Positions 1-12,039 of a DNA stretch of 64,000 bases are shown one piece after another. The first letter of the stretch is position 1, and each line of letters starts with the position of its first letter. The stretch is from the NCBI GenBank assembly GCA_028023455.1, contig JAQFVV010000001.1:2480001-2544000 (forward strand), given 5' to 3'. Source of the stretch: Epiperipatus broadwayi. Its lineage: Eukaryota > Animalia > Onychophora. Made by a program: the position numbers and the translations under genes. The notes under the pieces were generated by a model, which saw only the letters and a list, made by a program, of their open reading frames with translations, did not search any database and had not been told where the DNA came from.

Positions 1-75
1 TCATCAGTGAGGAGCCTTGGATCTGAGAGTACTGCACCTAGATCTTAAGATCTAATGCAACCCTCCAGCAGCTAC

Positions 76-76
<1 letters not shown>
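1..76 (-). repeat. Fragment of HHR-bearing repeat family F2 (continues beyond the window start)
   Basis: Near-identical to 53390-53462. The minus strand ends ...GGCTCCTCA-CTGATGA (hammerhead core) at the window edge. Contains the palindrome TAGATCTTAAGATCTA. Confidence 0.75.

Positions 77-79
<3 letters not shown>

Positions 80-120
<41 letters not shown>
80..120. repeat. (TA)n microsatellite
   Basis: About 20 uninterrupted AT units, abutting the 3' end of the PLE at 121-1480. Confidence 0.97.
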
Positions 121-127
<7 letters not shown>

Positions 128-212
128 ATATCTGTTAATTAAAAACAATATTGTAATTATAATTGGAATAATATTTTTAATGATTTACAAACAATTACAA
201 ACAATCTTTAAA

Positions 213-258
213 TCCACAGAAGTACTTTCAGTTACTTTCTAACCTGCCTCAACTGCCA
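213..258 (-). ncRNA. Minimal type I hammerhead ribozyme motif, family F1 (degenerate)
   Basis: Minus: GCAG-TTGAGGC-A-GGTTA(GAAAG)TAACT-GAAA-GTAC-TT-CTGT. Stem I, stem II, GAAA and a palindromic GTAC stem III are present. The core deviates from CUGANGA. Confidence 0.7.
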
Positions 259-338
259 TTAAATTCAAAAACTAAGAGCGGAAGCAAACGTCATCAATTC
301 AAATTCCACGAATCTCGTATTTTAATGTTAGAAGCTTG

Positions 339-686
339 TCAATTTATTAAATGCGTTTTATTCCTGTTTATAAAAATTGCCTCTTTAATTTTTCTTTTAC
401 TATGGTTTCTCTCTTCATGAAGAATTTTCACATTTTCAAAATTAAATTTAAATTTATATTTACATGTTTTTTCATGACCGAAGAAAACTGAAGAAGATAT
501 TAAATCACCATTATTTTTATTTTTTACACGCTTATATAACAATTCATGTTCCTTCAATCTTTTCTCAATGCTGCACCTAGATTCACCTATATATGATAGC
601 ATACAATCACAAAAAATTTGATAAATGACATTACTTTTTTGCTTGACAGGTATTGTTTGGAAAGTAGAATGAAACATTAAATACAT
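339..686 (-). pseudogene. GIY-YIG endonuclease domain of the Penelope-like element
   Basis: VIYQIFCDCMLSYIGES..IEKRLKEH..ENVKILHEE..KRKIKEAIFI matches the PLE GIY-YIG pattern. Detached from the RT frame by frameshifts. Confidence 0.88.
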
Positions 687-1489
687 TCTTATATAAATCC
701 TTAAAAAATTTTACTTGTGGATTTGAAATAAATGGAATAGATATCCATTTTTTATTATTAATCTTCATTTCTTTTAAATTATAATATTTTTTTTTAAATT
801 GACTTAAAGTATTGTTTATTTGTTCCATTTTATAACCAACATCAAGCAATTCCTTGGCAAATATCTCAATATTTTTCAATTTATCACTTTGGTAACGACA
901 TAATTTTTTATTCAGAAACAAAAAAGATTTAAAACTTGCCATCTTATGCATCATTGGTACTTTTTGATTTACAATTTATATATCCTCTTTTTTGCAATGG
1001 CTTAATTATTAGTTTATAATTTAATATACTGTTATCTCTTGTGATCATTAAATCTAAATAGTTAATCTTATAGTCCTGTTCTTTTTCAATAGTCCATTTC
1101 AAGCCATTCAATTTATTTAATTCCTCTATAAGCAAATTTATACAAAAAAATTTATCAAAAGTCTTTTGTACATCTATTTCATCACAATGATAGCTGCATT
1201 TGATATCTGCTGATAAAGTGAATAACTAATCTTTCCACTCTGTCCAATACACCACCAAACTCCACAATATTATTCTTCCACTTTTTAAATTGTCTCTTCA
1301 CCTTTTCTTCTAACTTCACAAAGTTTAATAATGTTCCATTTAATATAAGACAGTTTTACTTGCAATTTTCCTTGTCATCAAATGGAAGTCTGGGTACCCA
1401 ATCAGGAAATTCTTAGCACCCTTTATCTTTTGCTTCCAACTGCTGCCATGGCTGGTGACTTTACAGCCACTTGGAATTTCTGTCTATCA

Positions 1490-2975
1490 TGATTTCCCAG
1501 GATTTTAAATGAAGAATTGAGACATGCAGTAAAATTTATGAAAAATGGAAAAGCTACAAGTAATGATGGAATTATAATCAATACCTTAAAAGAAGCAAGT
1601 GAAGAAATATAATTTTTTTTGGAAAATTTTTATACCAAATATCTAAATGATAAAGATGTACCAAATGATTGGGAGAATGCAGTCTTAATATTAATATTTA
1701 AAAAGATGATGAAGATATTAGAAATTACAAACCTATCATTCTTTTATTAGTTATACAAATTTTTTTTACCAAAATAATTACAATTCGTCTTCAGTGAATT
1801 TTGGATTTTACCAACCAATGAATAAACTGGATTTCAAAGTGGTTTTAGTACAGCATATCATATTCAAGTATTGAAAGAAATTATAAAAAGGAACAAATGA
1901 ATGTTAATTGCCATTATATTTTAGATTTGTAGATTATGAAAAGCATTTGATTCTATAAGCATTTCTTCAGTGATTAAAGCATTGGATCATCAAGGTATAG
2001 TCTGAGGATATTGTCATATTCTGAAGAATATTTATAAAAATGCAACAGAAACTAATTAGATTACATAATGATACTAAAAAAATCAACATTGAAAAGGCCA
2101 TATGGCAGATTGACTCCATATCTCTAAAACTTTTTATAGCTATTTTGCAAGAAGTATTTTGTGGGTTAAAATTGGAAACTAAGGGAGTAAAAGTAAATAG
2201 TGACTATTTAAATCATCTAGATTTTGCAAAAGATGTAGTTCTTTTACAAATAATGCTTTAGAGTTTCAGACAATTTGCAAGAGTTATCAGATTAATGTAA
2301 GAAAATAGAATTAAAGGTAAATGTTAAAAAGACTAAATTAATGTTCGATGAATTTTTTCAAAATAAGGAAACAAATATTGGTAATGATGAGTTAAAAGAA
2401 GCTAACAACTACAAATATTTTGGTTAGATTATTACTACAGATGGAACTTAATGGATGAAATTAATCATAGAATTAAACTTAGTTAGAGTGCTTTTGGTAG
2501 AAATAACTTAATATTAAAAGGGAAAATGCCTATATGTTTGGAAAGTAAGGTTTTTAATGTGTTACCAGATCTTGGATTTAAAGCTTGGGCACTTAACAGA
2601 AAAGCAGTCAATGAAGTATGGAGAGAGTCATGTTAAGATTAATGAGAAGAGATCAAAAATGAACTACATGGGTGAGAGAACAGATAGGTGTTGCTGACAT
2701 CATTGAAAAGAATTAAGAGATTGAAATGGAGTTGGGCTGAACATATTTCTAAAAGAAATGATAATAGATGAACAGTTAAAATCATAAAATGGATTCCAAG
2801 GGATTTAAAAAGACCTAGAAGGAGACCATATAAAAGATATATGGATGAAATAAGGATGTCTTCTGAGGTGATGTGGAGAAGATCTGCAATCTTTAGCCTA
2901 TCAAGATGGATTGAACTTGAAGAGATCTTCAGTCTGCAGTGGATCAATAATGATTGAAAATGATGATTGAAGAAA
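1490..2975 (+). mobile_element. RTE-clade non-LTR retrotransposon, 5'-truncated, degenerate RT
   Basis: Broken frames: AVKFMKNGKA..NDGI, VPNDWENAVLILIFKK, DSISLKLF..GVKVNSDYLNHLDFAKDVV, RVADIIERIKRLKWSWAEH, WIPRDLKRPRRRP. Ends in an (ATG)n-like tail. Confidence 0.92.
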
Positions 2976-3621
2976 TCTAAGTAACTACAAAGAAAGTACA
3001 AATTTAGACTACAGAGAACAAATTATATTTGATTAAAAATATTTAATGAAAGAAAAAGGAAATTATATCTGAAATGGTTGAATAAAAAGTTAATTGAGAG
3101 AAAATAAAAATAAGAATTTAAAAGAATGATAAAAACAGAAAAGTTGAAAAGGATTAAATTATGAAATAAAAAATATATATTTAGAACAACAATAGGAAGG
3201 AAATAGGTTATCTAAAATTAATAATACATGAAAAAAAATTAGAGAAACTTAGTGTCTGAAATAAATCTAATTACATGGAAACATGCAGAAAGATATAAAT
3301 ATTCAGAGAAAGTAAATACGAGTAAATGTATATTAAGTATAAATGATAATTATGAAACCTTCAAAATAGAAAGATTTACACATTGAATTGATTACATGAA
3401 TGGGTAACCAAAACAGGGTCATTAGAAAATATTATAATCTCATCAATATTTAAAAAAAAGATTAAAAAATAATACTAACAGTTTTAGAAGAATGTCAGTA
3501 AAAAATAATATAAGTCAATAAATGATGGTATATTATTTAAATTTTAAGAGAATAATATTGGAGACAAAATAAAAACTTTTAAATTAGATATCGGATGATG
3601 GCATTGCAGTTGTACTTATAT

Positions 3622-3722
3622 GATGGAACTATTTCCATCATCCAACATTAAATATTAAATGTCTTAAGAAAAATTTTAAATTTTATTTAAATTTTCCAAT
3701 TACATTCAACTGTTAATAAATC
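3622..3722 (-). repeat. Isolated degenerate copy of the terminal arm of the 46510-47160 element (family F4 tail)
   Basis: GGAACTATTTCCATCATCCAAC...CATTCAACTGTTA aligns with 46527-46616. Confidence 0.65.
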
Positions 3723-3959
3723 CATATAATTGATCATAAAATGGAAATAAGTATAATCTATTAAATAGTTTATTTAATGAAAAATATACTATTTTAATAT
3801 AAAGCTTTTTTTTTTGGCAACATCGTGTTACCTTCCTCATTGTTATTGATCAATGACTTGTTGATTATATTTATTGGTATGTATAACACATAAAAATAAA
3901 TAAGACATTGCTGAAAAAAACTTTAGCATATATGTTGCTAATTAATTTATTTCGATGTT

Positions 3960-4810
3960 ATTACGTGTAGATCAACAAATAACATGTGTTATATATGGAA
4001 CATTTTAGATCTTTTTTGTTTCATAATGAAAAATTATCTCATTATCAAAATAATAAATTAAAATTTTTTGAGGTATTTCCCAAGGAATTACTTGAAAATG
4101 GTTATAAGATTGAACAGATTAATAATACTTTATGTCAATTTAAAAAGAGTTATAATGATGTAAAGGAATTGAAGATTTTTAATAAAAAATGGATATTTAT
4201 TCCATATATTTTAAATGCTCAAGTGAAATTTTTTAAGATATATATATATATAAGGATGTGTTTAATGCTTCATTTTGTGTTACAAATAATATTAATAAGT
4301 TAGTGAATAATTCTAAAAGTGTCATACCTGTCAAGCAAAAAAGTAATGTTGTGCATCAAATTTTTTGTGGATGTATGTTATCATATATAGATGAATCAAG
4401 GTGCAATATAGAAAAAAAGATTAAAGGAGCATGAACTGTTATACAAGCAAGTGAAAAGTAAAAATAATAATGATGTAATGACTGCTTTAGTTTTCTTGGA
4501 TCATGAAAGGACATGTTAATATAAATTAAAGTTAGATCATTCTTCATAAAGAGAGAAACCATTATAAAAGAAAAATTAAGGAGGTAATTTTAATAAATAG
4601 AAATAATATGAATATAATTAATAGATAAGCTGTTAACATCAAAATTTAGGATTCATGGAATTTGAGTTGATGATGTTTGCTTCCATTATGTTTTTTGAAT
4701 ATAACAGCACTTGAGGAGGGTTAAGGAATTAACCAAAAGTACTTCTGTGGATTGAAAGACTGTATATTATAGTTAATTACCATTATATTTATTATTTTTA
4801 TTATTTAAAA
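3960..4810 (+). mobile_element. Second copy of the same Penelope-like family (RT end + GIY-YIG + HHR), opposite orientation to 121-1480
   Basis: ORF 3986-4303 (ELLENGYKIEQINNTLCQFKK..KKWIFIPYI) is colinear with ORF 631-954. SYIDESRCNIEK follows, then the same 3' region and HHR. Confidence 0.9.
4705..4750 (+). ncRNA. Hammerhead motif, family F1 (degenerate)
   Basis: TTGAGGA-G-GGTTAA(GGAA)TTAACC-AAAA-GTAC-TT-CTGT. Perfect 6-bp stem II. GAAA has become AAAA, as expected from CpG decay of CCGAAA. Confidence 0.7.
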
Positions 4811-5012
4811 TATATATTATGCTATAGGATATACTACAATAAATGAACTGGTCCCAAAAGATCATTTGTTATACTATCTGATCATTCACCACACGTCAAA
4901 ATATACTCATTTAAAAATATGTTTCAGCTCTTCAGCCTAGAACAAAGTTATTGTTTAACAGAAACATTTAAACAGGAAAAACATAATGCAGAATCAACAA
5001 TATATATATATG

Positions 5013-5396
5013 AAATATTATTTTAGGTATATCTGTGTATAATTTATTAATATATATATATAAACCGATGTTTTGACCAGGTCACACTGGTCATCAACTG
5101 GGCAACAGATATTATAAAAGAATTGTAGAGGCACTGTAAACACTGACATATAACAATAATGCACGTTTTATTAATAGAAAATAGAAATAATAATTATGAG
5201 AAATTATTTTAGATGACTTTTTAAAAATTTTCCCCAAATTTCTCATAATTATTATTTTGATTTTATATTAATAGAACATTCATTATTGTTATACATAAGT
5301 GTTTACACCCAGTTGCTAATCAGTGTGATCTGGTTGAAGCATCAGTTTATAAATGTATTTTAATAAATTATATACAGATGTACCTGGATAATATTT
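5013..5396. mobile_element. 384-bp fold-back element with a degenerate HHR in each arm
   Basis: Arms of roughly 170 bp are reverse complements. Minus 5064-5102 reads GCC-CAGTTGA-T-GACCAG(TGTGAC)CTGGTC-AAAA-CA-TC-GGT. The mirror copy is at plus 5307-5347. Confidence 0.7.
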
Positions 5397-6699
5397 AATT
5401 TATATCTGTAACCCATGAAAATTTTCAATTTAATATATATATATATATAAAATCAATTGTGACAGTATTTTAAACATTGTATCATACATATAAATTTGAA
5501 AGATTGATTTTGATAAAAAATAAAATCTAATTTTTAAAAACATAAAATAAAAAGCATAAATAAACTTATCAATAAAATTCATAAATAGTGAGAGATTATC
5601 AATTTAACTATTCATTATACAGAATTTCTGTTTTTGCAATTATAAATTATTTCTATCATGATATTTATATTAATTAGAATCTTATCTCTGTTTTTCTGGT
5701 GAATGACTAAAATTGTTAGTACATAATGTACTTTAATTGTTTGGAAGTATAATTACAAGCAAATAAATAAGTGAATTAAATTGATAATCACTATTAAAAA
5801 TATGACAAAGATGGCTGATATTCTAGTCAAAGTAGAGAATTTTTGAAAGATCTTGCATTTTCTATATCAGCCAATAGTATTCATTGTAGCAATTGAATTT
5901 ATTTTACAAATCTTTATTTAGAAATAGGTTCATTCTTCAATTTATTCTTGTTAAAAGTACTTCATATATTGCATTATAATATCAGTGGGGAAAAAATAGG
6001 AAAAATTTTAAATATTCATTCTTGTATTGTATTATTAAAAGCTTTTGAAGATTTCTTTAAAAAAATGATTTTTTTTTATGATTGATGATTACTTCTATAT
6101 AATTACAATCTAAACATGGCACTTGTAAAATTTGTGAATTATTACACAATTTAACATCTTTATAATATTAGAATAAAATAAATTATAATTTTTCAGAAGT
6201 ACTAACAAATTATTAAAAAAAGAAATGGATTTAAGTGAATGATTTATGTATTAATGCTCTCAATTCTAGACACTTAAGTGATTTATATAAATGCATTTGA
6301 GTTTGAAAATAAGATGGTCATTCATATTTTTTCAAAGTTTCTATCTTGTGTCTAGTGTGAGGGTATCCTTGTAGTTTTAACATTTTTGTTTAATGCCACT
6401 AGTGAAGAAGGATGATTATCTTTTATATAATTACAATCTAAACACTGCTGTCATAAAATTTATTGATTATTAAAATAAAGATTGTAATATTGATTTGTCC
6501 CCTCTTTGGATTTGTAATTCAAGTTTGCATATGTTTATTTACCTGCACATGCAGACAAATAAACATATCCAAATTTGAATTAAAATAAGAATTGGACCTC
6601 TGACTTTTTATTGATATATATGGCCAAAAAAGAAAATATAAAAACATGGGGATAGCAATAAAACATGTTTTTATATTTTTTAGTTTACTGAAGATCAAA

Positions 6700-7330
6700 T
6701 AGTAATGGCAAATGATAAACTCATGAAAGTTATGGTATTGAATTTGATAGAATAGTATAAAGATTGGGATTTGATAATAAATATTGTAAAATATTTATGC
6801 TTGTGATGAGATTCTAGCAATATTTTTCTAATGATTCAAAATAAATAATAAATTGTAATGAAGATAAAAAATATGTAGGTGTAATATTTATCCAAGAAGT
6901 TACTGTTGTTCAAGAAATATACACACGAATTAAGAAGTCAATAGCTTCTAAAAATAAAATATCCTCGAGTAAAAAAATAATAACAATACATGACATATAA
7001 AGCATTGATAAAAAAAAATATTATGTGGATCTGAAACTTGGAAAATAACTGAATTAACTGAACAGAAATAAAAATTGCAGTGATGAATGTGAATAATATA
7101 GTAAGTAACAGATAATTAGAAATTAAAACGTTAGATAATAAATGGATACAGAGAAACATTAATAGATGATATAGATATGTATTAATTTGTATGATAATAT
7201 ACTATGAATGAATGCCCTTAGACTACTAAGATAGGAACTGGATGGAATGGATCCCAGCAGATATGATTCAAAGAATAAAAATGAATATGAGCTCAAGATG
7301 TTTAAAAAAAGCTCAGAGAAGGATGGACAT
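6700..7330 (+). mobile_element. Highly degenerate RTE-like LINE C-terminal remnant
   Basis: KYVGVIF..QEIYTRIKKS, LCGSETWKITE and a later EWIP motif in broken frames. Confidence 0.55.
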
Positions 7331-7449
7331 AAATAGGAAATTAAAAAGAAAAATTGTTAATTTAAACTGAAATGTCAAACTTTTTATATTTATTTATTAT
7401 TAGCAATTCTGTTAAAAGTATGACTATGTATATATATATATATCTTTTA

Positions 7450-7540
7450 CGCATGTGTGTGGTCTATGTATCAGTTGTATGAGATAGATTGGATAGCTGA
7501 AGGGAGCTTGAAAGTCTATGTTCAAATTCTTTATATATAT
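7450..7540 (+). repeat. Fragment of repeat family F3
   Basis: GTGTGGTCTATGTATCAGTTGTATGAGATAG..GAAAGTCTATGTTCAAATT aligns with 8525-8595. Confidence 0.65.
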
Positions 7541-7960
7541 ATAACACATACCCCAAATGATGCTTATATATATAGTGAAGCTGTGATTTATATTAAAGTA
7601 GACAATTTCACTTATACGCCATCCAAAAAAAAAAAAGAAGTAAGCAAACAAACAAAAATATAAACAAACAAAAAAAACCCATTAAAATTCACAAATTTAA
7701 TATGTTTTACAATACTCAAGGAACCATTTTCCATTTCTGAGTGCTATACATGATTATGTTTAAAAAAATGTATGTAAATAAATTTTTCTGTCTCAGAATG
7801 CTGCAAATGATCATGTTCATTAATAAAATATTTTGATTTATTTTGAAAGAACGTATATTTTATTCTTCCTTTATTATCCTTTCCAGATTTGATATTCAGT
7901 ATTTCACGTAATAAAATATTTTCTAAACATAATGCTAAAAGTTTTGTAAAATTTTAGAAT

Positions 7961-8599
7961 AAGTTTTGAAATACAGACATTCTTATAATATACCTGGAAC
8001 TTAATTGTAAAAGGGGATTTGAACTCAAACTTTCAAGCAACTTTCCAACTACCCACACTATCATGTGTATCAGTAATATAAGATAGTGTGGATAGTTGAA
8101 GGTTGCCTGAAAGTCTGAGTTCAAATCCCCTATATCTACAATTAAGTTTCAGGTATAAGCATGCACATACTTCAAATCTTATACATTAAGCCTTCATTTT
8201 GCCCATCCCTCTTCTGTGTATTTAAATGGATACTGTCCTATAGATGAGGGGTCCAAGTGACTTGAAGTCAACATGGGCATAACAATAATATTGGCATCAG
8301 CATGGGATTTGGGCATTCTATCTTCAGATTTTCAATGGTATGGATGGTTGAAGAGTTGGAATAGATTGAAGCCTGTCCATTAAAGTATAAAAATTTGCTA
8401 TCTTATTATAAACTGAGCACTGATTATATATGTGTGTGTGGGAGATGATAATCTGGACCAACTGATGAGTGCTGGTTCAGCATGAAATATGTATATTGAT
8501 GATTATTTATCTTTTCTACATAAATGTGGTCATATGTATCAGTAGTATGAGATAGTGTGGATAGTTGCTTGAAAGTCTGAGTTCAAATCCCCTATTTTT
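7961..8599 (+). mobile_element. Family F3 composite insert: 169-bp fold-back (7989-8157) + PLE-like body end + HHR + B-box-like segment
   Basis: Inverted arms TATACCTG..CACACTATC / GATAGTGTG..CAGGTATA. The same segment recurs at 8525-8595. Flanked by the direct repeat AAAATTTTAGAAT (7948-7960 and 8600-8612). Confidence 0.7.
8457..8500 (+). ncRNA. Hammerhead motif, family F3 (core intact)
   Basis: ACCAA-CTGATGA-GTGCTG(GTT)CAGCAT-GAAA-TATGTA-TA-TTGAT. Intact CUGAUGA and GAAA, 6-bp stem II, and stem III one CpG change from the palindrome TACGTA. Confidence 0.82.
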
Positions 8600-11254
8600 A
8601 AAATTTTAGAATGTAATCTAAGTTAATAAAAATAATTGGAGAGATCATAGTTTCTTGATAACAAGATTAGTTTATGTTTTTATTATTGGGAAAAAAGAAG
8701 AGTAATTGCCTAGAACATATTTAATTGCGATGAAAGTCATACATTTTGCTATTTGCTTTATATAAAAAATAAAAGTATGTGGTACAATATTTATTTTTTT
8801 CTTATTCTTTCAGTGAATGAAAAATATATGTAAATGTGATCCTTCAATTTATTATCAATAACTATATATTTTTATAAAAAATTGTTTATACTATAATTTT
8901 ATTTTATATATACATACTATACATAAAAAAAGCATGCGTGTTATGTATTAGTGTATTGAGAAGTACTGTATTCTTGCAATTCAATAAAGAATATGTATTT
9001 TATTCTAATCAAAATTTATCATCAAAATGTGAGTTATTATATGCTATGTTCAGTGAATTTGAGAGGGCTTGGAACAAGGTATAGCATATATCATTACACC
9101 ATTGTATATAAATAAATTCATTAAACTATATACACTTTGCATTTATTAAGTCTTAGTGTATAGACATATGTATTAAAATCCAATTAAATTTATGATGAAC
9201 TCTTGTGTTTTATTTGCTTGTCAGAGATTAACAGTTGCACAACTGAATAATCTTAGCTTTATTTTCAATTAAGTGGAAGAAACTTTGATGCTAATGCATA
9301 TTTACAACTTAATTAATATATTTTTAAAATGTTAAGTAAGAAGTTATGTAATTACATATGTGCATGCACTTTTTGCACTTCAAAGGATACTAAAGTATAT
9401 ATTTATTTAACAATGAACTTTTATATAAAGACATGTAAACAGATTTAGCTGACCAAAAGAATATTTAAATAATAGGTTGTTTGGCAAGGTAATATTCACT
9501 CATTGTTGGTACTGCTTTTTTCCACTTCTTCAGATACTAAGATAACTGAAATATAGTATTTTAATTATTGAAAATATTTAATGAACATTTAATTAGCATA
9601 TTTACATTAAAAATGGCTTATTGATTTTAAGAGGTATGTTTTAATTAAATGTGACCATATCTTTATCCCAAATTTTATTTATCTAAATTGTATTTATTGA
9701 CCTACATTTTTAAGCATCATTCCGAGGTTCTATTTATTTGTATTCATGCCAACTTTGCTGCCTAAAGGCAGATTATCATGTCTAGGCAATAGGGTATTGG
9801 GACCAAATGATAATATTTGAATATTATTTATTGATTACAATTTTTTTAAATGTATTTCATATATAGAGTTACAATAATGAAATATAATGTTTAGGGCCAC
9901 ATTAAAAAAAATATTTACATCATTAAGATGCTGTCCATCATTTTATCTGTCTGTAAGACATCTTGAGTTGTCATATTTAATATCTGCCTTGAATAGTAAA
10001 GCATTCAGGTTTTTTTTCCATCGGTGTCTGTAAAGAAAAAAACAACAACTCAACATATGTATTAATTATGGTTTTAAAAATTAAAATAACAGCATATTTA
10101 AAACAAAATATTCCATGAATTTATGGGATTGTAATTAACTTCTCAATTTTGAAGTTTTTTACATTTTATATAAAGTCTGTCCAACTTTATTTTATTAATT
10201 TTATTAAACATATATTTTATCTCTTTTCATTTCCACAAATGGGCAAGAAAAATTGCTTTATTTAAAGTTTAACTGTACTCAAAATTTAGATTATACATAA
10301 AGTGTTAAACATATTTCATAGTTTGATTATTGTGATGAAAAAATTGTATTATTTTAATTTCCCCCCCGTTTTTCTCAGATTATAATATATAAAGGAGTTA
10401 CAATATCTGCTATATTTTGTTTTAAGCTTTTTTTGCTTACCCTTTGCAGTGTATAATGACTCATGTCTTGTGATAAACATTGATTATAGTACAATATATA
10501 TTGTTTACTGCCCTGTTGATGTACAGTAATTTTTAACCTACACACATGTAAAACAGATGCTTTTTATGTGTATAGTGTAAATTTGTAATTAAGATTATAG
10601 TATAAACAAAATTTTAAAAAATTAATAATTATGTACTTATTAATAATTAAATGAAAGAGTGCAAGCTCATATATATTTATTGTAAATATGTTCACCTGTT
10701 TACATTTATTCAAAAAATAAAAATAATATAAAATTTACTACACGGTATCTTTAATTTTATTTTTTAAATTGATTTTTTTACAGACTTTAACCTTTCTGAC
10801 ACAATAGAATAACAATTTCTAGAAATGTTTTCCATTTTTGTATTTTTTATCCATAAATTTGATGCATTACTAATATATATATATTAACATGGTCATAACT
10901 TTGGATATTTCAGGAGCACAAATATAATGACATGGATATGCTTTTCAATTTTTCATTATCTCTTTGCATACAGATATTTCGGAACATGATTTTTTCTTTC
11001 ACTACAAATTATTAATTTTCATTTTATAGCTTATTAAGAAAGCTATCGATTCTCTTAAATTATCCTTAGAAAACATTTTATCAAATGAAATACTATATCA
11101 TATTACACTTTTGGAAGTAAAAAGGCAAAGAAAAATCCCCCAGCTTTTAACATATTTAATATGAAGAAAGTGTAGTTAATAAACAAAATTGTATTAGAAT
11201 TAATAAGACTGATGCAAAATATTCATAAACTTTACTAAACTTATGAATTTTAAT

Positions 11255-11352
11255 GCTCTTTTTTTGTTTACTTACATTTTTTTTTTGGATGGCATATAAT
11301 TGAAGTAATGTATATTGATAAAGTGCCCATCGCGGTGGTTCGCGAGTTCACT
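11255..11352. repeat. Dispersed repeat shared with 58385-58470, ending here in a GC-rich hairpin
   Basis: TTTGTTTACTTACATTTTTTTT..GGAT..ATAATTGAAGTA.TGTATATTG occurs at both sites. TCGCG(GTGGTT)CGCGA hairpin near 11331-11346. Confidence 0.55.
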
Positions 11353-12039
11353 ATATATTATTTAATGACTCAAACATTTAAAATATATAAAGTTATAGAT
11401 TTTAAAGAATTTCAAATATTTTGTACATTTATAAGCTTACTTAGTTTTATTAGACATAATTTATATATGAGTATTTAGTTTTTTATTCAAAGACAGTTTA
11501 GATTAATGAAGTGACAGAATGTTGTGAGCATCATCAATGATAGTTTGCCATTTCTTGCCTTCTTAAGATAATTTATTTTAAAATCTCAATTTTAAATGTA
11601 CATTGTAAATTCTAATAAGTCTCACGTAAACCAGATACCATTTTAATTTTAACTGTTAATTAGAAAGCAATTATATATTCAATCAGATTTTTTTAAATTT
11701 TTGTTTTGACATAGTTATTTGTATTTAATATTTTTTTAGTTATGTTAAATAGATTATTTTTTGTTTTTAGTCTAATTTTTTACCCCCCCCTCCTTGTTAA
11801 GCTGATTTTGCTATTGTTATCACATTAAAAGATACCTGCCAAAATATTAAAAAAGTTAAGTGTTTACTTGCAAAATTTTTCAATTATAGTATTTACAAAA
11901 TAAAATAGGGACCAAAAAAAAAAGCATTATTATAGTGAACGATTATTGTTTTCTACCAAATAGACTGGCACACTAAAAATATCCTTATCATTTGTTAAAA
12001 GCATAAAAAAAACAATAAATGTTTAGAGTCCATAGGTGG

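Larger units (their letters stand above)
121..1480 (-). mobile_element. Penelope-like retroelement, 5'-truncated and frameshifted (RT C-terminal half + GIY-YIG endonuclease + 3' pLTR with HHR)
   Basis: Minus frames give LKWTIEKEQDYKINYLDLMITR (PLE RT thumb region), then YIGESRCSIEKRLKEH and KILHEERNHSKRKIKEAIFI (GIY-YIG). The HHR motif lies about 80 nt after the stop. Confidence 0.9.
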
